DNA of 64,000 nucleotides. Origin: Acidobacteriota bacterium (GTDB lineage Bacteria; Acidobacteriota; Polarisedimenticolia; Polarisedimenticolales; DASRJG01). The stretch spans positions 12,458 to 76,457 of the forward strand of contig JAQBEH010000049.1 of NCBI GenBank assembly GCA_032124015.1, written 5' to 3'. Below the pieces are notes generated by a model. It did no database searches. It was given only the letters and a program-made list of their open reading frames with translations, and had not been told where the DNA came from. Made by a program: the position numbers and the translations under genes. Shown here piece by piece: positions 8,841 through 18,534 of this stretch; the first letter of the stretch is position 1; each line of letters starts with the position of its first letter.

Positions 8841-8967
8841 CGCAACTCCTGGCCGCCCATCGTTATCAAAGCGGCGGCCCGCAATATAGAACGCGCGGCG
8901 CACCCCGACCATTCGGAATCCCAAGAGGGCGCGTGGCCTTGGCCCGGGTGATAATCTTCCGCGCGTC

Positions 8968-9732
8968 ATGAGCCTGATGCTTGAGCGCCCCCTCGCCTTT
9001 TTCGATCTCGAAACGACCGGGATCGATCCACTGCGCGACAAGATCGTCGAGATCGCGCTCGTTCGCGTCGACCCGGACGGAGGGCGCGAGGCGAAAACTC
9101 TTCGGATCAACCCCGAGCGGCCGATTCCCGCCGAAGCCACCGCGGTTCACGGGATCAGTGACGCGGACGTGGCGGGCGCCCCGGCGTTTCGCGAGGTAGC
9201 TCGCGGACTGCTCGACGTCTTCAAGGACGCGGATCTCGCGGGATTCAACGTGCGCCGTTTCGACGTGCCGCTTCTCGATCGCGAGTTCCGGGGCTGCGAT
9301 CTCGATCTCGCGTTGGCTCAGCGCCGGATTGTCGATGTCATGACGATCTTTCACAAGAAAGAGCCCCGCGACCTCACGGCCGCGGTGCGCTTTTTTCTCG
9401 ACCGCGAGCACGCGGGGGCCCACGGCGCCGAAGCCGACGTGATCGCTTCGATCGAGGTGCTCGACGCACAGCTTGCGCGCTACCCGGACCTGCCGCGGAC
9501 GGTCGACGACCTCGACCTCTGGTGCAACCCGATCCCGCAAGGAGCCGTCGACCGCGGCGGGAAATTCGTATTGCGTGAGGGCGAAGTCGTGTTCGCGTTC
9601 GGCAAGCAGAAAGGACGCGCCTTGAGCGAGGTGGCGCGCGTTCAACGCGACTACCTGGAGTGGATCTTGAAACAGGACTTCCCCGAGGACGCCCGTTCCC
9701 TCGTCGAGAAAGCCTTGCGGGGGGAACGATGA
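8968..9732 (+). CDS. DEDD-family 3'-5' exonuclease (DnaQ/epsilon-like domain protein)
   Basis: ExoI motif FFDLETTGIDP, ExoII GFNVRRFDVPLL, ExoIII HGAEADV. Its stop overlaps the next start (ATGA). Confidence 0.85.
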   Translation: MSLMLERPLAFFDLETTGIDPLRDKIVEIALVRVDPDGGREAKTLRINPERPIPAEATAVHGISDADVAGAPAFREVARGLLDVFKDADLAGFNVRRFDVPLLDREFRGCDLDLALAQRRIVDVMTIFHKKEPRDLTAAVRFFLDREHAGAHGAEADVIASIEVLDAQLARYPDLPRTVDDLDLWCNPIPQGAVDRGGKFVLREGEVVFAFGKQKGRALSEVARVQRDYLEWILKQDFPEDARSLVEKALRGER

Positions 9733-10301
9733 TCAGCACAACCGATTTCAAGCGGGGCGCGCGGATCCTGGTCGATGGCGAGCCTTACCAGATCGAGGAC
9801 TACCAGGTTCAAACCCCGTCGGCTCGCGGAGCGGCCACTCTCGTCCGGTGCAAGCTCCGTCACGTCGTCACGTCGTCGCTCCTCGACAAGACGTTCAAAT
9901 CGGGGGAGAAGTTCGAGGAGCCGGATGTCGCCTTGCGCCAGGTGCAGTTCCTCTATGGCGACGGGGAGTCGAGCCACTTCATGGAGAATCTGTCCTTCGA
10001 CCAGTTCGCCATTCCGAACGAGCGCATCGAAGACATCGTCCCTTGGCTCACCGACGGCTTGAATCTGAACGCCGTCTACTGGAACGGTGCGGTCGCCGGG
10101 ATCTCCCTGCCGCAGTACGTCGAGGCCGAGATCGACATGGCGGCCGGGGGTTCGAAGAGCGACATGGCGAGCGGCAAGAACATGAAGGACGCGTCGCTGA
10201 CGAACGGCCTGACGATCCGCGTGCCCCTGTTCGTCGAATCGGGGGAGCGCGTCCTCGTGGATCCCCGCACGCTGGAATTCATCCGCCGGGTTTCGAAATA
10301 G
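9729..10301 (+). CDS. efpL: elongation factor P family protein with YeiP/EfpL-type extended Arg loop
   Basis: Starts MISTTDFKRGARILVDGEPYQIEDYQVQTPSARGAATLVRCKL. This is the EF-P fold, but the beta3-beta4 loop is PSARGAA (two residues longer, Arg tip) instead of the canonical KPGKG. ATG 9729 overlaps the upstream stop. Confidence 0.85.
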   Translation: MISTTDFKRGARILVDGEPYQIEDYQVQTPSARGAATLVRCKLRHVVTSSLLDKTFKSGEKFEEPDVALRQVQFLYGDGESSHFMENLSFDQFAIPNERIEDIVPWLTDGLNLNAVYWNGAVAGISLPQYVEAEIDMAAGGSKSDMASGKNMKDASLTNGLTIRVPLFVESGERVLVDPRTLEFIRRVSK

Positions 10302-11004
10302 CGGCGAGCACCCGCAGGGCGCGGGCAAGGCTGAAGCGCGCGCGCTGAAACGACGGCCCCGAGCCGGAGCCGGCGGCGATCGACGTCAACCGGTCCCTCT
10401 CCCGTTGCCACGAACGCCCCATCTCGGGGGAAGGCGAACGCACTAGCAGCGGACCGGCGGTCAGCAGGTCCTCGCGGCTCAACGGCTGGTGGTCGTAGAG
10501 GTCGGTGTCGGCCCCGCGCTCGGCCGCGAGGGTGAGGTGGAACCGGCCGCACTGCTCCGTGAGACGCTCCGCGACCGGCCGCCAGCCGTGGTTCCTCAGC
10601 CAGAGGCGCGTCAAGGCGGGCTCCGAGCGGGGCTGGAGCACGAGCCGCCTCAGGGCCGGGCTCGCGGCGTCTTGTGCTCCGAGGAGCCGCACGATCGTGC
10701 GGCCTCCCAGTCCCGCGAGCACGACGGCGTCGATCCGGTCGTCCGGGCGGATCGCGCTCAGGCCGTCCCCAGCCCGGTAGCCGAGTCGCTCCGCCCAGGG
10801 GACGCCTGAAGGCGGACGCGCAACCCCGGCGAGACGCTCCTCGGTTTTCTCGGTGGCGAGGCAGTAGGCCACCCGGCCGTTCGCCGCGAGCCAGAGCGGC
10901 AACAACCCGTGGTCGCTCCCGACATCGGCGACGCGGCTCCCCGGCGCGATCGCGTCCGAGAGAGCGGCGAGGCGGGGCGTGAGCGGCGGAGCGAGGGGGG
11001 CCAT
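10279..11004 (-). CDS. trmK: tRNA (adenine22-N1)-methyltransferase TrmK-like (DUF633) SAM methyltransferase
   Basis: The N-terminus ...VADVGSDHGLLPLWLAANG matches the characteristic TrmK motif D(I/V)G(S/T)DH.YLP. Its 3' end overlaps efpL convergently by 23 nt. Confidence 0.75.
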   Translation of the reverse strand: MAPLAPPLTPRLAALSDAIAPGSRVADVGSDHGLLPLWLAANGRVAYCLATEKTEERLAGVARPPSGVPWAERLGYRAGDGLSAIRPDDRIDAVVLAGLGGRTIVRLLGAQDAASPALRRLVLQPRSEPALTRLWLRNHGWRPVAERLTEQCGRFHLTLAAERGADTDLYDHQPLSREDLLTAGPLLVRSPSPEMGRSWQRERDRLTSIAAGSGSGPSFQRARFSLARALRVLAAISKPGG

Positions 11005-11028
11005 CCGCTAACTCTAGCTGCTCCGCCC

Positions 11029-11056
11029 TTGCGAGGGGGGACGACGGCCCTATAAT
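11029..11056 (+). promoter_or_regulatory. sigma70-like promoter candidate for speA
   Basis: TTGCGA (11029..11034), 16-nt spacer, perfect TATAAT (11051..11056). A GGAGAG SD sits at 11091..11096 before ATG 11102. Confidence 0.4.
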
Positions 11057-11101
11057 CCGCCCATCCGTTGCCATGGTGGGTTCGGGTGTGGAGAGTCCGA
11101 C

Positions 11102-13009
11102 ATGAACGTCTCGTTCACCGAACGCTTCACGACCGACGACGCCGTCAACATCTACGGGCTCGACGGTTGGGGTAACGGCTATTTCGCGATCGGCGAGGAC
11201 GGACACCTGCTCGTCACCCCGGCGCGCGAGGCGGCGCGATCGATCGACGTCTTCCGTGTGGTCGAAGATCTCGCAAAACGCGGCATCAAAACGCCGGTCC
11301 TCCTTCGCTTCCCCCAACTGCTCGAAGGGCAGGTCAACGAGCTGGCCCAGAGTTTCGCGAACGCTATCCGCGAGTACAACTACCGCGAACGCTACCACCC
11401 GGTGTTCCCGATCAAGGTCAACCAGCAGCGGGGGGTCGTCGAGGGGCTGGTGCGATCGGGCTGGAGCGCGGGTCTCGGTCTCGAGGTGGGGAGCCGGCCC
11501 GAGTTGCTCGCCGCGATCGCGCTCGAGCTGTCTCCCGACGCGCTCATCATCTGCAATGGCTTCAAGGACCTGGCCTATCTCCAGTTGGCCTCGACCGCCT
11601 GCCGGCTCGGCAAGCAGGTGGTGGTCGTCATCGAGAAGCCGTTCGAGGTGGACCAGATTCTCGAGATGGCGGCTCATGAGCCGATCCTGTTCAAGATAGG
11701 CTTCAGGATCCGCCTCCAGGCCAAGGGCTCGGGGATGTGGGAGAAGTCCGGCGGTTTCACCTCGAAGTTCGGCCTGACGACGCTTCAGCTCCTGCGCGGG
11801 CTCGAGAAACTGACCGCCAGCGGCCTGCGCGGACAGCTGGCGTTGCTGCACTTCCACATCGGCAGTCAGATCACCGAGATTCGAAAGGTCAAAACGGCCG
11901 TGCGCGAGGCGGCGCGAATCTACGCCAAAGTGCGCAAGCTCGGCGCGGATGTTTCGTACCTCGACGTGGGAGGCGGCCTCGGCATCGACTACGACGGCTC
12001 CAAGACCTCCTCGGACGCGTCGGTCAACTACTCCGTTCAAGAGTATGCGAACGATGTCGTCTTCGGCATCCAAGAAGTTTGCGACGAAGAACACGTCCCG
12101 CCGCCTCGGATCGTCAGCGAGTCGGGGAGAATGCTCGTCGCCTACCACGCGATGCTGGTCACCGACGTCCGGGCCGCGGTGTCGGGGCATGAGCCCGACC
12201 CCCCCGTGCTCACGGGGCGCGAAGCGCAAATCGTCCAGGACCTGGCCGACGCGGCGAAGAAGATCTCCGTGAAGAACTATCGCGAGTTCTACCACGATGC
12301 GATCGAGTACCGCGACCAGATGTACTCGTTGTTCAACCTCGGCATGCTCGGTCTCGAAGAGCGCGGCAAGGGCGAGATGTTCTTCCGCGAGGTCGCCACG
12401 AAAGCGGTGCGCTTTTCCAAGTCAGCGAAGTTCGTCGCCGACGAATTCCAGGAGCTCGAAACCAAGCTCCACGACAAGTACATCTGCAATTTCTCCGTCT
12501 TCCAGTCGGTCCCGGACCATTGGGCGCTCGACCAACTCTTTCCGATCATTCCGGTGCACCGGCTCAACGAGTTGCCGACCCGGAAGGCGACTCTCGCCGA
12601 CATCACCTGCGATTCCGACGGCGAGGTCGAGAAGTTCGTCGATCTGAAAGACATTAAAGATGCTCTCGAGGTTCACGAGCTGAAGGACGGCGAGCCGTAC
12701 TACCTCGCCTTCGCGCTCGTGGGCGCCTACCAGGACACGATGGGCGACATGCACAATCTCTTCGGTCGCGTGAACGAAGCCGAGGTCATCCTCGGGCCGA
12801 AGGGCGTGCCGGTGGTGACCGACGTCAGGCGCGGAGAGCCGGCGAGCGAAACCCTCGCGTGTTTCGGGTACGACCGCGCCGATCTCGCCGAGGCAGTCAA
12901 GTCGCAGCTGCGGGAGCGGGTGAATCGCGGAGAGATCTCGGAAGCCGACGCCGCAGCGTTTCTCGAGAACTACACGATTCGACTCTCGCAATACACCTAT
13001 CTCGATTGA
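11102..13009 (+). CDS. speA: biosynthetic arginine decarboxylase
   Basis: 635 aa. The N-terminus YGLDGWGNGYFAIGEDGHLLV, the PLP-Lys region PVFPIKVNQQ, and HFHIGSQI are typical SpeA features over the full length. Confidence 0.95.
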   Translation: MNVSFTERFTTDDAVNIYGLDGWGNGYFAIGEDGHLLVTPAREAARSIDVFRVVEDLAKRGIKTPVLLRFPQLLEGQVNELAQSFANAIREYNYRERYHPVFPIKVNQQRGVVEGLVRSGWSAGLGLEVGSRPELLAAIALELSPDALIICNGFKDLAYLQLASTACRLGKQVVVVIEKPFEVDQILEMAAHEPILFKIGFRIRLQAKGSGMWEKSGGFTSKFGLTTLQLLRGLEKLTASGLRGQLALLHFHIGSQITEIRKVKTAVREAARIYAKVRKLGADVSYLDVGGGLGIDYDGSKTSSDASVNYSVQEYANDVVFGIQEVCDEEHVPPPRIVSESGRMLVAYHAMLVTDVRAAVSGHEPDPPVLTGREAQIVQDLADAAKKISVKNYREFYHDAIEYRDQMYSLFNLGMLGLEERGKGEMFFREVATKAVRFSKSAKFVADEFQELETKLHDKYICNFSVFQSVPDHWALDQLFPIIPVHRLNELPTRKATLADITCDSDGEVEKFVDLKDIKDALEVHELKDGEPYYLAFALVGAYQDTMGDMHNLFGRVNEAEVILGPKGVPVVTDVRRGEPASETLACFGYDRADLAEAVKSQLRERVNRGEISEADAAAFLENYTIRLSQYTYLD

Positions 13010-14334
13010 CGGGCTCCCCCCAGGTTCCCCGAAGACACCTCGGCCTGGCCGACGCCACGGCGATCTACGCCGGGATCATCCTCGGTTCCGGCATTTTTGT
13101 TGCGCCCGCGGCGATCGCAAACGCCGTCCCCTCGATCCCGGCCGCGGTCCTGCTGTGGTTTTCAGGCGCGCTCGTCGCCGCCTGCGGAGCGTCGTGCTAC
13201 GCGGAGTGTGCCGCGCGTATGCCTTCGAACGGCGGCTTCTTCGTATTCAACCGCGAGGCGTACGGCCCGGCTGTCGCGTTCGTCGGGGGCTGGACGGCGA
13301 TCTTCGTGACCTATCCCGCGTCGATCGCCGCCATCGCGCTCGTTTTTGCGAGTTACCTCGCGCAGACGGTCGGAGTCTTCGGGTGGGAACGGTCAGCCGC
13401 GGCGTCGGCCCTCGTTCTGGCCGCGGTTTTGAACATCGCGGGACTGCGCACGGGGCCGCGAGCACAGCGCGCGCTGACCGCGACCAAGGTCACTGCGCTC
13501 GGCGCTCTCGCAGTCGCGGCTTTAGTCTCCCACGGCCGGGTCGCACCGGCCGCGGTGGTTCCCGCGGTCGCCCCTTTGGCGTCGGTTCCAGCGGCGGCGT
13601 GGCTCTCCGCTCTGATGATCTTGCTGTGGACCTACGACGGCTGGTCGGACGTCACGCTCGTCGCCGGCGAGGTGAAAGACCCCGGGAGGAACATCGGCCG
13701 CGCGGTGCTCCTGGGGACCGCAATCCTCGCTTTGGTCTACGGTCTGACGCAGGTTGCGGTCATGACGGTGCTCCCGGCGGGACGCCTCGCCGAATCCAGC
13801 CGGCCGGTGGCGGATGCGGTCGAGGCGATCTGGGGCCCGGCGGCCGGCCGAATGGTCGCCGCCCTCGTCGTCGTCAGCACGTTCGGATCGATTCTGGGGG
13901 CCGTTTTTACGGTCTCGCGTCTGGGCTTCGCGATGGCGCAAGGCGGCGCGTTCATCAAGGCCATGGCGACGCTCCACCCGAGGTGGGGCACGCCCGCGCG
14001 GGCGACCACCGCGCTGACTTCAGCCTCGGTCGCATACGTCGTTTTCGGATCGTTTCGAGGGATCCTCGCGTTTTTCACCTTCAGCGTCTGGATCTTCTAC
14101 GGGATCACCGCGGTCGCCCTGTTGATCCTCCGTCGTCGCGGTGTCGGCGACCCGGTTCCTTGGCGCGCGCCTTTCGGTTGGGTCCCGCCGCTCGTCGTCC
14201 TTAGCGTCGGAGCCGTCATGACGGTTCAGTTGATTTCTCAGGCGCCTCGCCAAGCGTTGGCGGGGGCGGCCTTCCTCGCGGCGGCGTTCCCGGTCTACGC
14301 CCTCATCGCGAGATCTGATGGGCGACGACGATGA
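13006..14334 (+). CDS. APC-superfamily amino acid/polyamine permease
   Basis: About 12 TM segments, with [17 protein letters not shown] and [11 protein letters not shown] motifs. No ATG is available. The in-frame TTG at 13006 overlaps the speA stop (TTGA), matching the coupling style used elsewhere in this window. The start is uncertain. Confidence 0.8.
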   Translation: MTGSPQVPRRHLGLADATAIYAGIILGSGIFVAPAAIANAVPSIPAAVLLWFSGALVAACGASCYAECAARMPSNGGFFVFNREAYGPAVAFVGGWTAIFVTYPASIAAIALVFASYLAQTVGVFGWERSAAASALVLAAVLNIAGLRTGPRAQRALTATKVTALGALAVAALVSHGRVAPAAVVPAVAPLASVPAAAWLSALMILLWTYDGWSDVTLVAGEVKDPGRNIGRAVLLGTAILALVYGLTQVAVMTVLPAGRLAESSRPVADAVEAIWGPAAGRMVAALVVVSTFGSILGAVFTVSRLGFAMAQGGAFIKAMATLHPRWGTPARATTALTSASVAYVVFGSFRGILAFFTFSVWIFYGITAVALLILRRRGVGDPVPWRAPFGWVPPLVVLSVGAVMTVQLISQAPRQALAGAAFLAAAFPVYALIARSDGRRR

Positions 14335-15424
14335 ACTCGGCGAGGTTCTCGAACGTCACCATGCCTCGCAGGGCGCCGTCTTCGACCACGAGCAGCGGAG
14401 TCCCCGGGTTGTTCTGAAGGTGCGAGAGCACGGCTTCGAGATCGGTCGCGGGGGGGACCTGAACCGGATCTCGCAACATGACCTCGAGGACCGACGTGTC
14501 GCGCCCCGAGCGCGCGAGCCCCTCGAGCAGTTGCGCGCGGGGGAGCATCCCGGCAACGCGGTTCCAGGCGTCGAGCACGGGGAAATCGTGCTGGTGCGTG
14601 GCAAGAAGCAACTCGGCGGCCCGCCCCAGCGTGTCTTGGGGCGAGAGGGTCTCGAATTTCGTGATCATCGCCTCGTGGGCGGTGTGGCCGGCGACGGCGT
14701 GCCGGCGGGTCTGGAACGCCACCTCTTGGGACGCCCCGAGAAAGACGAAAAGCCCGATGAACGCTAGAAAGAAGTTCCCGGTGAAGATCCCGCCGACGAC
14801 GAAGATCAGCGCGATCGCCTGGCCGATGAACGCCGCGATGCGCGTGGCGCGTTGTTGCCCCAGGCCGATCGCGAGCATCGCGCGGAGAACGCGGCCGCCG
14901 TCCATCGGGAACGCTGGGATCATGTTGAAGACGATGAGAATGATGTTGATCCCAAGGAGCCGCTGGACCAGGCCCAGGTTTTGCCACTGCACCAAACTCT
15001 GGAGAGTCAGCCGCACGTCGAAAGCGACGAGCATGGCCGCGCACACCCCGGCGAGAGCCACGTTGACCGCCGGCCCCGCCAACGCGATCAGTAACTCGGT
15101 CCACCCTCCTGGGATGCTCTCGAGACGCGCAACCCCGCCGATCGGGTAGAGCACGATCTCGCGGGTCCTCACCCCGAACCTCAGGGCCATCGCGGCGTGA
15201 CCCAGCTCGTGGAGGACGACGCATGCGAACACCGCCAAGACAAACGCGATCTCCCGGGGCACGCTGCGGGAGTAGGTCGCCGCGTCCATCCCGACCCAAA
15301 CGAGAATCAGCAGAAACGTCGCGTGGATCCGAATCGGAATGCCGAGCACGGACCCGATCTGGAGAGCCCAGCGCGATCCCGACGATGTTGGGTCGGCCTT
15401 GGGTTTTTCGCCAGCTTCGCTCAT
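14303..15424 (-). CDS. site-2 protease family (M50) metalloprotease with C-terminal CBS pair
   Basis: HELGHA zinc motif ([16 protein letters not shown]) and the second motif [16 protein letters not shown]. The C-terminal CBS-like region is ...[13 protein letters not shown]...[14 protein letters not shown]. The start is taken at MSEAGEK; an alternative start exists at 15487. Confidence 0.85.
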   Translation of the reverse strand: MSEAGEKPKADPTSSGSRWALQIGSVLGIPIRIHATFLLILVWVGMDAATYSRSVPREIAFVLAVFACVVLHELGHAAMALRFGVRTREIVLYPIGGVARLESIPGGWTELLIALAGPAVNVALAGVCAAMLVAFDVRLTLQSLVQWQNLGLVQRLLGINIILIVFNMIPAFPMDGGRVLRAMLAIGLGQQRATRIAAFIGQAIALIFVVGGIFTGNFFLAFIGLFVFLGASQEVAFQTRRHAVAGHTAHEAMITKFETLSPQDTLGRAAELLLATHQHDFPVLDAWNRVAGMLPRAQLLEGLARSGRDTSVLEVMLRDPVQVPPATDLEAVLSHLQNNPGTPLLVVEDGALRGMVTFENLAEFIVVAHQISR

Positions 15425-15504
15425 GGGCGAGGAGCATAGAGGACTCCTTGCGGCCTGGCCACCGCGGAGGTTATCGTGCCACGGCACGTGGCGAAGGGGC
15501 GATC

Positions 15505-16041
15505 GTGAAACTAGTCAGCGAGTTGAAATCGTTTTTCACGTATCAGGACTACGGAAAACGTCCGCAAATCGAAGGCGTCGTCGTCACCGAACTCCGCCGG
15601 AGCGTCGAAGACGGCGGCTCGATGACCGAGCTTGCGCGCTTCACCGGAGGCCTTCCCGCCGCCTTCCCGGAATTCGCGCTCGCCCAACTCAACTACAGCA
15701 CGATTCAGCCTCAGGTCGTGAAGGCGTTTCACCTCCACCACCGGCAGACCGACATCTGGTTCGTCCCTCCGGAAGACCGCATCGTGCTGGTTCTCGTCGA
15801 TGTCCGCGCCGGGTCGTCCACCGAAAAAATCGTCACGAAGATGATGCTCGGGGACGGACGGTCGCTGCTCGTGCGTATTCCTCCCGGCGTCGCGCACGGC
15901 TGCCGCAACGTGGGCGACAAGGCCGCGCGCATCGTCTACATGACCGACGTGCATTTCTCCGCTGAGGCCGGGGCGACCGACGAAGGGCGCCTCCCGTGGG
16001 ACCTCGTCGGCGCGGAAATCTGGGAGCCTTCCAAGGACTGA
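15505..16041 (+). CDS. dTDP-4-dehydrorhamnose 3,5-epimerase-like cupin protein
   Basis: GTG start at 15505 ([10 protein letters not shown]...). The RmlC-like core is [16 protein letters not shown]...VDVRAGSST...[21 protein letters not shown]. The upstream part of the 272-aa ORF overlaps the M50 gene and looks non-coding. Confidence 0.7.
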   Translation: MKLVSELKSFFTYQDYGKRPQIEGVVVTELRRSVEDGGSMTELARFTGGLPAAFPEFALAQLNYSTIQPQVVKAFHLHHRQTDIWFVPPEDRIVLVLVDVRAGSSTEKIVTKMMLGDGRSLLVRIPPGVAHGCRNVGDKAARIVYMTDVHFSAEAGATDEGRLPWDLVGAEIWEPSKD

Positions 16042-16052
16042 AGAAGGGGACG

Positions 16053-16820
16053 CTATTCCTGGCGCATCGGCATGAACGAAGCGTTGGCTTTCACCCACAG
16101 CGCGTTCGCCAAGGCTTTCCGGTCGGCGGACAGAACCGCGGGCTCTGCGAAACGGACGCGGGCGACCACGCGCTTCAGGCCGAGCAATCGGGGAAAGTGG
16201 ATGGCGAGGCTCTCGCCGTCGTGCCAGCAGATCGTGCGCGACGGCGGCAGGGCCGAGCCCTCGGCTTCGTAGGAGATCGAGGTCGCCCAGCAGGGGACGC
16301 CGGCGCGGGCGGCGGGCTCCAACAGGGAGGGTTGGAACGGGAGGATCTCGACACCTCGCGAGCTCCGGCCCTCGGGGAAGATCGTCACCGGCAGGCCCAG
16401 CTCCAAACGGGCGGACAACTCCCGTCCGGCGCGCACGACGTCTTTGGCCTGATCCCGGTCGATGAAGACCGTCCCGGCCCCGCGGGCGATCCATCCGAAA
16501 ACAGGCCAGGACGCGATCTCGCGTTTGGCGAGGAAGAGGCTCGGGTAGAGGGATGCCAGCACCAGGATGTCGAGATAGGACACGTGGTTCGACGCCACGA
16601 GGAAGGCCCCCTCGTGCGGCACCGGCCCCTGGACCTCGCGCCGGACCGAAAGGATCGCGCACATCGTCTTGCCCCAGAGGCGGCACGACATGGCGCCGAT
16701 CCGGCCGATCGCCCGCCGTCGGCCGGGCGCGACGAGGCGACAGACCGCGGGGATCGCCGCGAAAAACGCCGTCGCGAGAAAAACGGCGGGGAGCTTGTAG
16801 GCGAGACGAAGCCAGCGCAC
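16053..16820 (-). CDS. plsC: 1-acyl-sn-glycerol-3-phosphate (lysophospholipid) acyltransferase
   Basis: HX4D motif SNHVSYLDILV and FPEGRSS motif, with an N-terminal TM anchor. Confidence 0.85.
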   Translation of the reverse strand: MRWLRLAYKLPAVFLATAFFAAIPAVCRLVAPGRRRAIGRIGAMSCRLWGKTMCAILSVRREVQGPVPHEGAFLVASNHVSYLDILVLASLYPSLFLAKREIASWPVFGWIARGAGTVFIDRDQAKDVVRAGRELSARLELGLPVTIFPEGRSSRGVEILPFQPSLLEPAARAGVPCWATSISYEAEGSALPPSRTICWHDGESLAIHFPRLLGLKRVVARVRFAEPAVLSADRKALANALWVKANASFMPMRQE

Positions 16821-16855
16821 AGGTATAGTGTAGCGACTAAACCCGGAGTCTCTCG

Positions 16856-18520
16856 ATGGTCCAGGAAATTGCCATTCTCGAACCCGGCGGCAACACGCGT
16901 CAGGTGCCGCTCGACCGGGACCGCATTCGCATCGGAAGATCGAGCGACAACGACCTGTCGTTTCCCGGCGACATGAGCCTGTCCCGGCATCACCTCGTCC
17001 TCGAACGCCGTGACGATGGTTGGTGCGTCGAGGATCTTGGCGCCAAGAACCGCACGACGCTCAACGGCCGGCGCATCGAGGGAAAGACCCCGCTCGTGGC
17101 GGGCGATCGGATCAGCGCCGGGCAGGTCGTCGTGGTCTTCGGCGGGAAGTCCTCGACCGGCCCCGTCGAGTTCACTCAGGGGGGGGACGACGGTCCGCTG
17201 CGCGCCACGGTGATGACCAATCTGCGCGGCGTGCTCTCGCGCGAAAGCACGATGCCGGGGGTCTCGAAGCCAGTGTCCCGCGGCGAGCGGCGGGGCTTGC
17301 CCCTCGAGCATCCCGGTGTCGCGGCGCTCATCCGCGCGGGGCAAGAGCTCGCGGGCCACCGCCCGCTCGACGAGTTGTTCGAGCTGATCCTCGATCTATC
17401 GATCCAGGCCGTCGGCGCGGAGCGCGGGGTGCTGATGACGCTCGAGGGGGAGGACCTTGTCGTGCGATCGGTGCGGGGCGAGGGGTTCAGGATCAGCACC
17501 ACCGTGAGGGACCGCGTCTTGGACGAGCGCGCGTCGCTGCTCGTGCGCGACACGGCGCTCGACGAGGCCTTCAAATCGCGGGACAGCATCGTCGGCCAGC
17601 AGGTCCAGAGCGTGATGGCCGTACCGTTGCAGACCAACGACCGCGTCATCGGTCTCATCAACGTCGATTCTCGCTCGTTCGCGCGCCCGTTCACCCCGGA
17701 CGACCTCGACCTTCTGACCGTCCTCGCCAACGTCGCCGCGATCCGCATCGAAAACGAGCGGCTGGCGGTGGTCGAGCTCCAGAAGCAGATCATCACGCGA
17801 GAGCTCGAGCAGGCGGCGGCGATCCAACGCCGCCTCCTCCCGCGCGAGGCGCCGGTCGTCGCCGGCTACGAACTCGCGGGGCACAACCTGCCGTGCCAGA
17901 CGGTCGGTGGGGACTACTTCGATTTCTTCCCCTACGCGGACGGCCGCATCGGGCTCGCCCTGGGCGACGTCAGCGGCAAGGGGATGCAGGCCGCGATCCT
18001 GATGAGCACGGTCAAGGGGGGGATGCAGGTCTTGTTCGGTGAGACTCCCGACGACGTCGCATCGCTGATGTCCCGTCTCGATCGCACGGTCGCGGCCAAT
18101 TTCCCGCGCAATCGGTTCGTCACGCTCTTTTTCGGCATTCTCGATCCGGCGTCGGGGGAGTTGACCTACTGCAACGCCGGTCACAACCCGCCCTTTCTCG
18201 TCCGCGCCGATAACTCCATCGAACGTCTCACGAGTTGCGGCACCATCCTCGGTATTTTTCCCGAGATGGGGTACGAGGTGAAGCACTCCCGCCTCTTGCC
18301 GGGAGACGTCCTCACGCTCTTCAGTGACGGCGTCACCGAAGAGAATAGCCCGGGCGGCGAAGAATTCGGCGAGGACAGACTGTTGCGCCTCCTGATCGAG
18401 CAGGGGCGCGGGGGTGCCGCCAACCTCGTCGACGGGATCCGCATGGCGGTCCTCGACTGGGCGGCCGGAGCCGTGGCCGCCGACGACGTCACCGTCGTCG
18501 TGGCGGCCCGGGCTCCCTGA
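16856..18520 (+). CDS. FHA-GAF-PP2C(SpoIIE) serine/threonine phosphatase
   Basis: FHA: IRIGRSSDNDLSFPGDMSLSRHHLVLERRDDGWCVEDLGAKNRTTLNGRRI. A central GAF-like region follows. PP2C/SpoIIE: GGDYFDFF...LGDVSGKGMQAAILMS...LFSDGVTE. Confidence 0.85.
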   Translation: MVQEIAILEPGGNTRQVPLDRDRIRIGRSSDNDLSFPGDMSLSRHHLVLERRDDGWCVEDLGAKNRTTLNGRRIEGKTPLVAGDRISAGQVVVVFGGKSSTGPVEFTQGGDDGPLRATVMTNLRGVLSRESTMPGVSKPVSRGERRGLPLEHPGVAALIRAGQELAGHRPLDELFELILDLSIQAVGAERGVLMTLEGEDLVVRSVRGEGFRISTTVRDRVLDERASLLVRDTALDEAFKSRDSIVGQQVQSVMAVPLQTNDRVIGLINVDSRSFARPFTPDDLDLLTVLANVAAIRIENERLAVVELQKQIITRELEQAAAIQRRLLPREAPVVAGYELAGHNLPCQTVGGDYFDFFPYADGRIGLALGDVSGKGMQAAILMSTVKGGMQVLFGETPDDVASLMSRLDRTVAANFPRNRFVTLFFGILDPASGELTYCNAGHNPPFLVRADNSIERLTSCGTILGIFPEMGYEVKHSRLLPGDVLTLFSDGVTEENSPGGEEFGEDRLLRLLIEQGRGGAANLVDGIRMAVLDWAAGAVAADDVTVVVAARAP

Positions 18521-18534
18521 TCGTCCGGCCGTAA

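Noticed and set aside
8950-8970. GATAAT 12 nt upstream of the exonuclease ATG as a leaderless-type promoter
   Set aside because: There is no acceptable -35 element at 16-18 nt spacing. A single AT-rich hexamer is too weak to report as a feature.
8841-9140. 100-codon N-terminal extension of the glgP ORF (start at 9140)
   Set aside because: The extension overlaps the divergent exonuclease gene and is Arg/Ser-rich. The conserved phosphorylase N-terminus begins right after the internal ATG at 8840.
10076-12295. 739-aa ORF on the minus strand
   Set aside because: It is entirely antisense to efpL, trmK and speA, which have clear family motifs. Its translation is Arg/Pro/Gly/Ala-rich and low in complexity, the usual antisense artefact of stop-poor GC-rich DNA.
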